Shown here: one piece after another, positions 25,000-39,287 of the stretch
Layout of the letters: each line of letters opens with the position of its first letter
Position numbering within the stretch: position 1 is the first letter of the stretch
From: Eledone cirrhosa
Lineage: Eukaryota
DNA length: 64,000 nt
Assembly (NCBI GenBank): GCA_964016885.1
Contig: OZ024741.1
Location: 196,168,001 to 196,232,000 of the forward strand
Direction: 5' to 3'
Program-made: the position numbers and the translations under genes
The notes under the pieces: model-generated
Database searches by the model: none
Told to the model about the DNA's origin: nothing
The model's input: only the letters and a program-made list of their open reading frames with translations

Positions 25000-25900
25000 T
25001 AATCTCCAAAACTGGTAGAGGAAACTAGAATCGATAGAAGGGACAGTGAAGATAGTTTTAAAGTATTAGATAGTGTATTACCTTTTAAGGATGACCTGAA
25101 AACTTATGCATAAAAATGTTCTGCAATTTGAATGTTTCCTTAATATGGTTAAACATTTGCCTCATTTATCCTAGACCAATCCAGAAAGCTGTCAATACAA
25201 ATTCGTATACACATGGCATACTATCAAAGCTCTGAAAAGCCTATACAAGAAATATTCTAAAGATTTTCATAGATTTTCAGTGGGTGTTTATGAAAGGACA
25301 CAACATAACTAGAACAACGGAATAAACAAAAATAAAAATGATTTCTTTATAATCAGTTTTAAATCCGCATCAAAAACACTGCTATGACATTTATAGTCCA
25401 AATTGTATGATAGTGTTAGATTGAAACTTGACAGAATTTGACAGTCGATTCCAACGTTGCAAATTGGTCTAGAAACATTATATACGATAATCCAAGCATT
25501 TCAATGATATATACTTTAAGAAAAATTATGGCAGGTGGTTATTAAGAATAGTTTCAGAAACCTATTTTCAGTGCTTCGCATTACAAATGTTTTGCATAAG
25601 AAATGTTCTTGCACTACAAATAATTTATATGAAAACTTGCTTTGTATCATTTTGAAATGTGATCACGTAAAATATAAATCAATTATCTGAGCGAAGGTGA
25701 AATGATTACACCAACAGTAATATGTATTTCAATAAATAAAACCTAAAGCCAAAACAGCAAATAGTTAAATGACATGAAAATGGCTAATTTGACGGCTAAT
25801 AATAATTTGAGGTGTTCCTTACATGTCTAATGACTTTGTAAACTAAATGTTGCGCATAATTTAAAACTATTTTTTGCCTGAATGGTTTCGGATTCAAGTG
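25000..25900 (-). pseudogene. Possible highly degraded hAT transposase remnant
   Basis: Minus-strand traces resembling S-x-D-x-W (~25820), T-R-W-N-S (~25450) and D-P-R-F-K (~25365), heavily disrupted. Confidence 0.3.
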
Positions 25901-27459
25901 CTTTCATATGAACCAGGTCTCAAGTTTGAAGATAACTTCCTCATTCCCCCATCAGTCTCGTGGGGCTTGAATAAGGCAATAGCACTCGCTACCATTCCAC
26001 ATCTGACTATATGTATGCATCTGTAGCTCCCGATAGGGGCGTCGTAGTGACATACGGCGTTTCTTGGGCATTTTAAACCTGGCGGGGCCCATCCCCTCTT
26101 CAGATCTGAACATAGTCGATTTCTTCTACAGAAGGAGAAAGAGAGTGAGAGAGAGAAAGTGAGAAAGAGATATAGAGGAAGAATGAACCTCTGTACTGGA
26201 CTAGTACTTTATTTATCGACCTTGAAGAGATGAAAAACAAAGTTGACATCGGTGGTATTTAAACTCACATTGCAGAGAATCGGAACGAACACCGCGAGAC
26301 ATTCTATCCAATGTTCAAACGATTCTATCAACTGGCCATCTATCCACATCTGATTAAGTTAAATAAAAAATAAAAAATATTCACTTGTGGAGTATCAAAA
26401 CCATCACATTTGAACATACATCACCACTAAAAAAAACAAAGATCCTTGAACGTACATCACAACTAGGCACAACTAGAAAAAGAGAAAAAACATCAATGCA
26501 TCCTTTAGAGTCACTTTCCTCAAACAGTGTACTCTCTAATTCCAAAAACATATACTCGAAGATTTAATAATGTAGTAAAATTGCTTGCTCGGTTTGGATT
26601 TCTTAAAAGGTAAACTTCTTTTGAATATAACCAAAGCTGGGTCATTTTCAGTAAATAACAATACCATGTTTCAACTCTTATATTACTTTCTACTCCTGGA
26701 TTCTTAGAATTTTACAGAATAGTATATACATTTTATCACACGATAATCCTAGGGCTAATTTTATGACAAAAGAAACAGTTTTGATAACAGCTATAACAAT
26801 ATCAATTTACTATCAGTTCGTGTTGAAACAAGTCATTCACCTATTTAGATATTTTATTAAAACCCTTGTGGTGAATAAAGAATGTGTCCATCATCTCATT
26901 TATTGTTATAAATAAAATATTTCGTAATTTCTTTAGAATCTTGAACAAGTTACCAATAAATTACACAAAAACGGTAATATTAGTATCTGCAAATGTGATG
27001 GCTATCAAAATAAACAAGAAAGAAAAAAATGTGTTGGCTTTAACATCATCAACAACATATATTACTAGTGGACCAGGGTTGTACAAAATGACGGCAATAA
27101 TGCTGAACGTATTTAAGTTTTGGTGTCCAAGACTGGTAGGCAATATATACCAGGATTACCGAATATACGAACAGTCACACAAACTGGAAAATTTGCGTTT
27201 TGATAAATTAATGGTTTGCATGAGAGAAAATCTATAATTTATGTTGATTACTGACATGTGGAAGTGATTAAATATAAGAATGATATAATTTATTTCTATG
27301 GACGAATGTACGGTTGAACCCGGAACTTTGAAATTTGAAAATAAACTTCTTAATGTAGCAGCTTGGTTGAGATAAGAAATGGATTGTGTGTATGTGTGTG
27401 TGTAAATTTAAATGACTTACTGACGGAAATATATATAAACATACAAAATGCGTGGCATA

Positions 27460-27897
27460 TTATTATGAAGTTCCTCTGGAGGGTCTTTGGAGTAACGTTA
27501 CTCGATAGAATGTGTACCGTGGAGATCAGAGAGTTATTCCAGGTAGAGCCGCTACTTCTCCGAATTGGGAGATCACAGCTCTGATACTATGGGCATGGGG
27601 TTAGAATGTCTATGGAAAGAATCACTGGACAGATTTTACGAGTAAAACCAACTGACAGGAAACCCAAGGGTAGATCCCGAGCAAGATGGTTGGATAACAT
27701 CCATGAGATCGACTGGTCTCATTTGGGGATCCAGCCGGATCAATTGGAGACGGGTGCTTCTGACATGACCCACTTGAAGGCGTGCCTCATTGAGGAATCT
27801 GATACCACGACACTCAAGAAGAAGAAGAAGAAGAAGAAGAAGAAGAAGAAGAAGAAGAAGAAGAAGAAGAAGAAGAAGAAGAAGAAGAAGAAGAAGA
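27460..27897 (+). mobile_element. RTE-like LINE 3' fragment ending in (GAA)n
   Basis: MKFLWRVFGVTLLDRM...RSQL*YYGHGVRM...KPKGRSRARWLDNI; related minus-strand fragment at ~45770-46000. Confidence 0.7.
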
Positions 27898-28960
27898 ATT
27901 ATAAAGGGAAAATGAATGGGTATGACAATCTTTAACAATGTGAATATTGAAGAGCAAGATATTTCTCCAACGTACAATGCATCATATTCGTTAAAGGATG
28001 GAAAAGTGTAATTATGCGATGCTCATGCTTTTCTCGGTAATGTATGTATATACGTATGTATGCATGCATATATGTATGCATGCATATATGTATGCATGCA
28101 TATATGTATGCATGCATATATGTATGCATGCATATATGTATGCATGCATATATGTATTCATGCATATATGTATGCATGTATGTATGTATGCATGTATGTG
28201 TGTATGTTGCGTGCATGCATGTATATATGGATGTGTGGATATATATATATATGCATGTATGTACATATATATATATGTATGTATGCATGCATGCATTCAT
28301 GCCTGTATTTAAGCATGTATTTTTTTTTTCGTGGAACAAGAGACTCCTAGTCTTCATTAAGACATCTCTCTAGGAGAAGGTCACTCTGATATAAAACCTG
28401 CGACTTCATTTGCATCCAATGATGTAGATCAGTTCTTCTTTTGGGGCAAATGTATTCGATATTCAGAGAGTGGGATTGGCCCCGTGCAAAGCCTTTCCTC
28501 ACTTAAAAAAACTTCAAGCGCAGGCATGGCCTGATATGTGGCATTTTTTGTGATGTATGGTATGATTGCTGGCCATAGGCAAGTCCCTAGCAGGACTAAA
28601 ACGCCACGTCCGTGATGCTCATGCTTAAGTATCAAGCAATGGCATTACTCGAAATCGAGTTTAAGCCATTATGTATGTATGTATGTATGTATGTATGTAT
28701 GTATGTATGTATGTATGTATGTATGTATGTATGTATGTGTGTATGTTTGTTTGTATGTATGTATGTATGTATGTATGTATGTATGTATGTATGTATGTAT
28801 GTATGTATGTATGTTTGTTTGTTTGTATGTATGTATGTATGTATGTATGTATGTATGTATGTTTGTTTGTTTGTATGTATGTATGTATGTATGTATGTAT
28901 GTATGTATGTATGTATGTATGTATGTATGTATGTATGTATGTATGTATGTATGTATGTAT

Positions 28961-29330
28961 GTTCTTCTGGTTTTATAATTTCACAAAGTTTTACCAATAG
29001 AGAGAGAGTCGGTTTCTAACATAGACACAAGACTCTCTCATTGGAATTTACACAACATCAACTAGGTAGATATGTACGTATGCCTGCATTTGTAGATATG
29101 GATGTTATTGTATGTGTGGATGTGGATGTTTTGAGTTGTATGTGTGCATGTGTATATGCTTTGTATCTGTACATGTGTATATGCAGTTATTAGATGCAAA
29201 ATTGTTGGAATGTTTTACATATTTTTGCTGTTCCATTAATGGATTGTACTTGTAGTTTCCTAACTAGTTGTGTTCTTTCTGTTCCTGTGAAGCCTAGCTT
29301 CTCAAGATTTGTATTGAGGCAGTTACTAGT
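28961..29330 (-). mobile_element. 3' end of an R4/Dong-like element inserted in a (TATG)n microsatellite
   Basis: Translates NLEKLGFTGTERTQLVRKLQVQSINGTAKICKTFQQFCI* (stop 29190-29192) plus 3' UTR, with (TATG)n on both sides. The same 3' terminus occurs at 971-1020, also within (TATG)n. Confidence 0.65.
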
Positions 29331-29553
29331 ATGTATGTATGTATGTATGTATGTATGTATGTATGTATGTATGTATGTATGTATGTATGTATGTATGTAT
29401 GTATGTATGTTTGTTTGTATCTTTATATTATGTATGTATGTATGTACGTATGTACATATCTATATATTTATGTGTATGTGTGTATGTATGTATGCATGTG
29501 TGCATGGATGGATGTATGGCAGTATATATGCATGTATGTATATATATATATGC

Positions 29554-29584
<31 letters not shown>

Positions 29585-29759
29585 TATACGTATAACATTA
29601 ATTATGCAAACATTAAAATAGGTTTCTTGGCTTCATGGGAAGAGAAATAACAAATTTCTCCTTGCATGAGCCAACATGCTTTATTAAAAGATCTATATGG
29701 TAAAAAGCCAAGGAAAAAGGTAAAAGTTTTACATATAAAGAACTTCTGTTTATACTTAC

Positions 29760-29950
29760 TGCTCAAAGGTTGTCCTTCCAACAAATATCAAATCATTTTT
29801 AATAACCTTCCAGGAGTCTTGTATGATTTGAATTTGTCGTGTTGTTAGATATTTATTCAATTGTCCAATGTCCTGCCGGCGGCGATACATGACAGAATTA
29901 ATGGACGCTCCACGTGTTCTCACATGGAATTTTGTATGCTGGTTTCCCAT
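29760..29950 (-). CDS. Globin (globin X-like), coding exon 1 (N-terminal extension, A and B helices)
   Basis: MGNQHT...LTTRQIQIIQDSWKVIKNDLIFVGRTTFE is a typical A helix (LT...I..SW). Donor CA|GTAAGT is phase 2 and joins exon 2 to make a CAT codon at B12. Confidence 0.9.
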
Positions 29951-30060
29951 CTTTACACATCTCTCGTAAAAAGAAAAATACTGAAGCTAGTACTGTATCA
30001 TCTCGTTGGATTTCCTGACCAACAAACCTCTTTTACACGTATCTTTGTTCTTCTTTTTGC

Positions 30061-30150
<90 letters not shown>

Positions 30151-30842
30151 CTCTGGGTTTTCAGTTTATATAAAACAGCAGAGAAAAATAACCTTACTAT
30201 GTTTCTTTCTTTCTTTAACTCGACCATAAATATTCATTATTTTACATTGATGGCTTTTAATAAATATAAAGAAAAAAAAGGAAAAACAACATCGCTGTAT
30301 TTTCATTTACTAAAACAGAGCAGCCTTGATTGAAAATACTTCCTGCATAGTGTATGTCAACAAAGATATGTAATTTATGTGCGTAATGCTTTTTAGATGG
30401 TTATCTGGTGATAAGAGGAGAGGGCTACAATAGTGGCAGGGGTGGCGAGATGGTGGTGAAGAGCGAATAGTTAAAAATAGAGGAAGCAAGGGGAATGGGT
30501 GACTCGGTCATGTAACAGTAGTCAGTGAAAATGTGTTGATATTCATGGTTAAAATTACATTGGAATTAAATTCCAAGTTGATGGTTTCGATACCACTTAC
30601 TTCACATAATCAATTTCGGTCAAATTGAAATCTGTATGGATAGAAGAACTTAGCCATTATTGAATTGTGAAGCATTACATAGAAACTACCTTCGTATGAA
30701 GTACATATAGAGCCAGTCGAGTATATTGGAGTTGATAATTAACTTAAAGTTATTAATGAGAGAATTTGAATATAGTACTAGAAGCGCTAATTAATTATAA
30801 AGTGATATCCTTTCTTATATTGGTGAGATGTGACTCATAGGG

Positions 30843-31232
30843 CTCAATAGAGATTTGATGATCGCTGAAGTGTGTCTCTTAGTGCTCAATAAACATTTGA
30901 TGATATGTATGGTGTCTCTAAGCGATCAATAGACATTTGATGATCAGTGATCTGTGAGTCTTAGTGTTCAATAGACATTTGATTATTGGTGATCTGTGAG
31001 TCTTAGAGCTCAATAGACATTTGATGATCACTGGGGTGTGTCTTAGTACTCAATAGACATTTGATGATCACTGGGGTGTGTCTTAGTACTCAACAGACAT
31101 TTGATGATCACTGAAGTGTGTCTTAGTCCTCAATAGACATTTGATGATCCCTGGGGTGTGTCTTAGTACTCAATAGGCATTTGATGATCGCTGATCTGTG
31201 TATCTCAGTGTTCAATAGACATTTGATGATCG
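30843..31232. repeat. 40-42-bp minisatellite, about 10 copies
   Basis: Unit ctcaatagacatttgatgatcactggggtgtgtcttagta. Confidence 0.9.
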
Positions 31233-31659
31233 ATGCTTATTTGTTTATGGAGATAAGGAATAAATCTTCCCTTGGAAAAGCTCAGATCTATCTCAAGTAA
31301 GAATTTCTTGATATTTTGTTCAACTGAGACACATAAAACTAAGTTTACTAGATAACTGCACAAAGAAGAAGTCTGTAGAGTAGAGAAACTCAAAATATGT
31401 CAGCTAGTTGAGCATTCAGGGCTTGATTAAACTATTGGAGGAGAAGGCACCGTTTTATTCTAATAAATGTATTTGTTATTACAAAATGTTTTGTAGTTTT
31501 TTTTGCAGACATTATGTGTATCTATGTGTTTGTGCGCGCGCGCGCGTGTGTCTGTGTGTGTGTGTGTGTGTGTGTGCATACGCACGCGCGCGTGTGTCTG
31601 TGTGCGTGCGACTGTTTGTATGTGACAGTTTGTATGTACCTATGTTCGTGTGAATGTTT

Positions 31660-32880
31660 ATAAAGTAGCAAGTGTGCTGAACTGCCCCACCCCTAAAGAA
31701 CCACCAGATATGCCATCAGCAGAGACTCAACTATCTATCAACTGTGGCAAACTCTCAAAAGTCATCCAGACATTGAAAAATGGGAAAGCTGCAGGGCCAG
31801 ACAAAATACTAACAGAAGCTGTCAAAGCAGACATAGACAGTTATTAATATGTTACAGAACCTCTTCAGTAGGATCTGGGAGAAGGAAGATGTCCTGGCTC
31901 AGTGGAATAAAGGGGTCATCATCAAACTGCTGAAGAAAGGTGACCTCAGGGACTGCAGAAGCTACCGAGGGATCATGCTCTTGTCAGTGCTGGGCAGGGC
32001 TCTCAACAGCGTACTGCTGGAGAGGATAAAGGAAGCAGTCGACCCCAAGCTCCGGGATCAGTAGACGGGATTCCACAGGAACAGATCCTGTGCTGATTAG
32101 ACCAGCAGCCTACGTATCATTGTGGAGCAGTAACTGGAGTGGAATTCCTCACTCTACATCTACTTCATAGACCACAAGAAAGCATTCGACAATGGAGTCT
32201 CGATGTGAAGACCGGAGTTTGTCAAGAGTGCTTGCTGTCACCGTCCTCTTCACACTGGTTATTGACTAGATAATGAAAACCACTACAAAAGACATGAATG
32301 TTATGCAGTGAATACATTGGACACAACTGGATGACCTCGATTTTGCTGATGACCTAGCACTCTCGCCATACAGTTACGACCAGATACAGGACAAGACCTC
32401 GTGCTTGGAGACTACATCAGCCGGGACAAGGCTCAAGATAAACAAGAAAAAACTGAGCTGATGAAGATCAACAATACTGCCAACACACCAGTCACAGTCG
32501 ACGGAGAACCCATCAGAGAGGTGGAGTTATTTGTCTACCTGGGAACAGCGGTTGATCGACGTGGGTTAACCGACCGAGACGTCACAGCCAGGATTGGCAA
32601 GGAAAGAGCAGCTTTCATTATGCTAAAGAACGTCTGGGTATCAAAAGAGTAAACTTTTTTATCTTCAACTCTAACCTGAAGGCGGTACTGCTGTACGGAT
32701 ACGGAACTTGGAGGACAACAAAGAAGATGCAACAGAAGATCCAGGCATTCTTCAACACCTGTCTGAGGCACATCTACAACATCAAATGGCTGGAGAAGAT
32801 AAAAAACGAAGATCTGTAGGAGCAAGCGGGACACGAAGCAGTGGCAAAGCAGATTCTGCGGAGGAAGTGGAAAACCAACA
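31660..32880 (+). mobile_element. Degraded RTE-clade LINE reverse transcriptase
   Basis: LKNGKAAGPDKI, KKGDLRDCRSYRGIMLLSV, LDDLDFADDLAL and FVYLG motifs, with stops and frameshifts. Confidence 0.9.
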
Positions 32881-35546
32881 TCCAGCACCCCACACCTAAC
32901 CCTGAGTTGGCAGCAGGGAGAGGCTTTTTGCATTTGCACGACGAGGGAAAACAAGGAACATTGTTTACAACGAGGTGTTATAAATGCACCAGCGATAAAG
33001 TAGGTTCATTATTGCCATTTATTAAACCAATCTGGTCGCAATTCATACGGGCTACTAACTGAAATGCGTTTTTTCTACGGTTTAAGGTGAACCCATCAGC
33101 TAAGGACCTTCCCCTTTACAATTGGTGCAGCAATGTAAGGTCGTTAAGCGGATCTTTGTTCGTTGGGTGCTCTAGAGTTGGCAGCTGGGAGAGTCTTCTT
33201 GCATTTGCACAAGGACGAGGTAGGTTCGTTATCAACATTTCTTAAGGCAATCTGGTTGCCATTCATACGGCCTATTACCTGAAATACGTTTTCCCTCGGC
33301 TTTAGGTGACTACCTTCAGAGATGGACCTTCCACTTGGCACTCGGCGCGTCAATGTATGGCTGTTAAACAGACCGCGAACGCATTCTGATTCATTCTAAA
33401 GGCTACCAGTGGAAGCAACCGTAACACACTCCTTGAAATGTCAGAGAACGCAGTCATAGTCCCTATTAAGGGCTACAAGTAAACGCTCACATGGCCCTTT
33501 TTAGGGCCACCACTTGAAATTATTGATGGTTACCCCTCCTTACTGGGGTGTCAGTGAACGGCATACACGGCCCTTTTAAGGGCCCTTGAAATAGCTGATG
33601 GCGACCCTTTCGTTTAGGGCTGCCAGTGAACGCGCACACGCCTCGGGGCCCATTTTAATGCACCATTCCTCTTTAAAATGTTTAAATTATACCCACAGTT
33701 TGGTAAAGGTTTGTCCAGTTGCGTTTACTTACTAAGGTGCGGTGGACTCCTTAGAGAAGTCTCCACATGCTGTCCGATTGCACGTCATGCCTTGCTCAAG
33801 CATTGCAGACTTCCCTCTGACATAAGTGGTGACATCTGTCCTGCTGACTCATGCCACTTTATTAAAGTCCAAAAGTACCAAGCCGATTTTCTCCACGTGG
33901 AAGGAGAAGCTTACCTAATACTAATTGCATCAGAGTATTCGGTTTATTTTCTTTACATATTGTCCAGGCATGCAGTTTTTCCAAGATTAAGTCTGTTGGC
34001 GGCCCGCGTTCCAAAATAGCTTATCCCGTGGAACAACGTGTACCACTGCTAGTTATTTATATTTCAAACCAAGGTCGCAGATCAAGTGGCTCATCTAACA
34101 AGTACAGCACTGCAATATATGTATAAGCATATAAATAAAAATATATGTATATGTATATACAAGCTGAAGCATATAGACAATATGTCCCCACACACTCCAC
34201 TGCAAGGTGGTCGTGGAGGTGCCACGGCAAAAAAAGCACCCAGCCCACACTGTAAAGTGGACGTGTAGGCGCCACGAAAAAGCACCCAGCACTCACTGTA
34301 AATGAGGTTGGTGTTAGGAAGGGCATCCAGCTGTAGAAATCAAGCCAAATCAGTTCCTGTATGAGCAAGGCATGGTCAGTCGACCAGACACTGCCCACAA
34401 CAGGACAACCCGTCTAACACATGCTAGCGTGGAAGAACGGACGTAAAACGGTGATGATGATGATAGCAGTAATTTGAACTCTTGTGCTGATGTTGGCAAA
34501 GTAAGTCAGTGTGACCACCTGCTGATCTTGCAGCACATAGATGTTCAATTTTTCTTTGCCTCGAACTGACGCCAGTTAGTCTAGAGATAGTGGCCATTTA
34601 TAGTTTATTTAGGATAACAATTTCTTCAAGACATTCTCCTTTCGTTTCTCAAAGGAGACACACCAAAAACAGTTGGTTTTCAGCAAGTACAGAGCATGTA
34701 GCACTTAGCTTAACACTCCGATCCTCTCGACAAAGAGCCCGGCTCAACAAAGATCAGTCCACACAACATGGTAAATAACATCTTTTGAATTATTGTATAC
34801 ACCACAACAATTTAAGCCTTATTTTCTTATATTGTCAATAATATCCTCGAAGCAGGTTCTTAAATCGATAAATATATTCAGGTAGCGATTTAATTTTTTT
34901 TATTTCATTACCTATGTGATCAGAGTAAAGCACTTGCCCAGGGATTCATCAAAATAAACACTGTAGTTCACATGCACACACATAATCTCTGGCCACACTG
35001 TATCAGGCACATCAATCTTCTCCGCCTACACACTACACAACAGTGACCACATCACAAAGCAATCCACAAGTGGACTACAAGCCACAGTACCAACTAACAT
35101 TGCCAACTCATTTCCCACTACATCAAAATAAATTCTATCACTACATTTAAATCAATCTCTCTCTCTTTTTCTCTCTCACACACGCACACACACACACACA
35201 CACCTCTCTCTCTCACACACACACACACACACCACACCACACATACACATATATATATATATATATACAATGATATTAAATAAATGGAAACTAATTTATA
35301 AAACCATATTTATTCTATTATATATATTTCAAGGGTACCAAAACTTTGGTACGCTATCATCAAATAAAATACCCTTGAAATTTATATAATAGAATAAATA
35401 TGGTTTTATAAATATAGTTTCCATTTATTTAATATCATTGAATATTGTACTCCAGAAAACTTGTCGAGTGCTCTGAATCAGTTATAAACATTTATATTTG
35501 TTGAATTACCAACAAATTGAATATCCCTTCTGCTTATATATATATA

Positions 35547-36950
35547 CTAGCAGCTGAGCCCGGTTGCACCCGGGGCCACTTTTTATTAAGTTAATAATTT
35601 GAAAAATATTATTGAAGCAGTTTCATGAAAAAAAATAGAAATATGCACTTGGGGCTGGACGGCGTACAATGAGAAGTGGAGCGACGTGAAAAGCGTTGTT
35701 TATTAACAGCGAAATAGCAATGTCGATGATATGCAATTTGAAAAATACTACTTACTGTTAGTGGTGGTTAACATGTATTAGAATTAAAATAAAAATACGC
35801 GTCCCTTCTTCGCAATTTAAGGGTTTGGCGATACTTGGTTTTAGTGTCCTAAATTATCATCATCGACAGTCAATTATTAGCTCCACCCCTACACGATACG
35901 TCACGACACGTCATCAGCTGCTGCTGCGGCTTGATTTTTACATGTTCATTTTCTTACATGCTTCATTTTTACACGAAAAAACATAGAATTTTTAGAATAA
36001 ATATTTATTAAAATATTAACAGAGAAAATTAGATTTTTGATTTATTTTTTGAACAAAATAAATATTTATTTACAGTTTTTCACAGAAAAACTATGCTTCA
36101 TTTTTACATGAATATTTATTTACAGTTTTTAAGTTTTTAACCGAAACACTATGCTTCATTTTTACATGAATATTTATTTACAGTTTTTAACAGAAAAAAA
36201 GTTGCTGCGAAATACATTTTTTTTTAACACACGATACGTCACGAAGGTAAATGTTTCGAAAAAATTTTAAACTGTATATCGCAACAATATATTGTTTAAA
36301 GAAATTTTTTTTCTGTTGTTTAAAACTGTAAATCTGTTTTTAAAAAAATGTATTTAACCGAAACACTATGCTTCATTTTTACATGAATATTTATGTACAG
36401 TTTTTAACAGAAAAAAAATTGTTGCGAAATACTTTTTTTTAAAACAGATTTACAGTTTTTAACAACAGAAAAAAAATTTATTTAAACAATATATTGTTGC
36501 GATATACAGTTTAAAATTTTTTCGAAACATTTACCTTCGTGACGTATCGTGTAGTGGGTGGAGCTAATAATTGAATGTCGATGATGATAATTTAGGACAC
36601 TAAAACCAAGTATCGCCAAGGGTTTTATTTCTTTTGATGGAAAACAGTGACCGTACTGCAGAATCGATTTCATAAAACGGTACTGTATGATCGTTAAATG
36701 TAGAAGGATGATGAAATTGTAAATAAGACAAAGGTATTAGAACAGGGGGAAATAACTCACCGAACGCGATAGTTTTGGGGCCCCAGGGACCATATTTTTC
36801 AAGTTAGAGATTTGAAACCTCGTCTATTTGCTTCCTTGGTACTTTTTACATAGGTGTTTAAACTTTCATGTCAGTCCGACCACGTCTACTACCATTTAAC
36901 CGTGCACATTTGAATTTCAACCACCACCCATTTCACAAATATATATTAGA
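35547..36950 (-). mobile_element. Non-autonomous Helitron
   Basis: Minus strand starts A|TC at 36950 and ends with hairpin cccgggtgcaaccggg followed by CTAG|T at 35547. Contains internal inverted and tandem duplications. Confidence 0.75.
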
Positions 36951-37304
36951 TATATAATTAAGGTCCCCATCGATAACTAATGACCATGATTTTGTACCTA
37001 GAAAGTTTCCCTCTGAGGCACAAAACTGGGAAAGATTTGCTTGTGGAAGACCAGCAATCGCCCATGCATACCAGTCGCCCCTCACCATGACACCAATGTT
37101 GTCTAAGGGAAAGGCAATGGCCGATACAGTGACGTCGCAATTCACTTCTACAGCTGAATAAACTGGAGCAGCGTGAAATTAAGTGTCTTTATTTACGTAA
37201 CATTGTCGGACGTATCACCCGGTCCGACAATCGAATTCACAATCTCTCAGTTGCAAGCCCAAAGCTATAACCACCAAGCTATGCGCCTTCACACAGAGAA
37301 ACAT

Positions 37305-37398
<94 letters not shown>

Positions 37399-37447
37399 TA
37401 TGACTAGTAGATTCCACACACTGTACGGAACTATCTTATGACTTGGG

Positions 37448-37579
37448 CATCTCCGCTGATGAGTGTAACAGCCTGGTTGTATAAATATCCGCACATATTA
37501 CGTGATTTTCTGAACATTGAGGATCTATATCTGCATCTGTGAAGATATGTTGCACAGAAACGATTTCATCCGTAGGATG
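37448..37579 (+). ncRNA. Hammerhead ribozyme with enlarged stem II (imperfect stem I)
   Basis: CTGATGA (37456-37462)-gtgtaaca...tgttgcac-a-GAAACG-atttcatc-CGTA-ggatg. Confidence 0.55.
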
Positions 37580-37741
37580 AGAATTTTACCTTTCTCTCTA
37601 CCTAAACATCGCCACCGTATCTGCTATTAACTAAATCTGTGCACTCTGAACGGCTGATTACAATTGTATTACTGCAATTCGGCAAATTCATTAAGTGATC
37701 CAGAAGCTGGCCGGGGACCAAAGATCTTCGTTAATTTTACA

Positions 37742-37803
<62 letters not shown>

Positions 37804-37951
37804 TATTTTTCCGTTGTGTTGTAATATAAATATTACACACATTAGATTGACAGCTCACGTAGAGTTTGCTCGACGGTTCCAGTTGTAGTTCCAAAAGTAA
37901 TCCGGAGAAAAATAGAAAGATTTGAATGGATACAGTTTAGTTGAAAGGAAT

Positions 37952-38073
37952 TTATTGACACGTGTTTCTATAACAGTTACATAACCTGAAAACAGCTGCT
38001 ATCTACAAAGTAATTAGTTATGCAGACATTCAATATTTCAATGTTATTATTTACTGTCATTTCATCAGAATAA
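37952..38073 (-). ncRNA. Hammerhead ribozyme in the Penelope 3' pseudo-LTR
   Basis: Reverse complement of 42581-42702. Confidence 0.85.
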
Positions 38074-38590
38074 TATTACTGAGGACCTGTTTGGTTTTTA
38101 TAGAGAATATTAGGAGGGAGGGGTGAAGTTGTTAGAAGAATAGTTGAGGGAGTGGTTTTTTGATAGCAGTGAGAATTTTTGGTTGCAGTGAGTAATTAGA
38201 TTCCCATCTGTTGTTTTGACATTTTTATAGAATATATTATTGGTTATTTTTCTAAATCTATAGAAGGATTAGAGATAGTAAAGATATGCATGGTTGGTTT
38301 TGTGTTTGCACTTAATTAACATTCAGACTTAAATTTTTCTTTCGAGTGTACGTATCCTTTCACCCACGCATTCACACACAAACATATTTGCACACCTCTA
38401 CAAAATACATATACTCACATTCACATAGTAACATGTTCATACTTACATACATATACACATGCATACATATATATATACACACATGTATTCATGTACATAC
38501 ATATGCGTTCATGTGTATACATTTTCATACTCAACTTATCTTTATATACACACGTATAGACACACACATATATACATACATACTCTAGTC

Positions 38591-38990
<400 letters not shown>

Positions 38991-39048
38991 AAAATATATA
39001 TAAGCACTTTTATACATGAATACACTTACATCTAACTATACACATCAA

Positions 39049-39079
<31 letters not shown>

Positions 39080-39287
39080 TATATACATTTTCACATATAT
39101 ATACATACTTATGGTCGCTTTTAGACACATTCATTATCGCATTTTTGCACCTATTCTCATCAGCATATCTTTCCATTATTAGTGTGGTAATTTGAGGTTA
39201 TTAATATACATATATATGTTGAGAAGAGATTGTTTTTATATTTTTCTAACTAGATTGAGGTTTATATAGTTGGGGGATGTCCCTCTT

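Noticed and set aside
27932-29650. ORFs such as MYVCMYVC and HTYIHTYI (also poly-K, poly-L, poly-S and YIYI ORFs elsewhere)
   Set aside because: Translations of microsatellites.
30843-31232. CRISPR-like repeat/spacer pattern
   Set aside because: The variable halves are homologous to each other, so this is an ordinary minisatellite.
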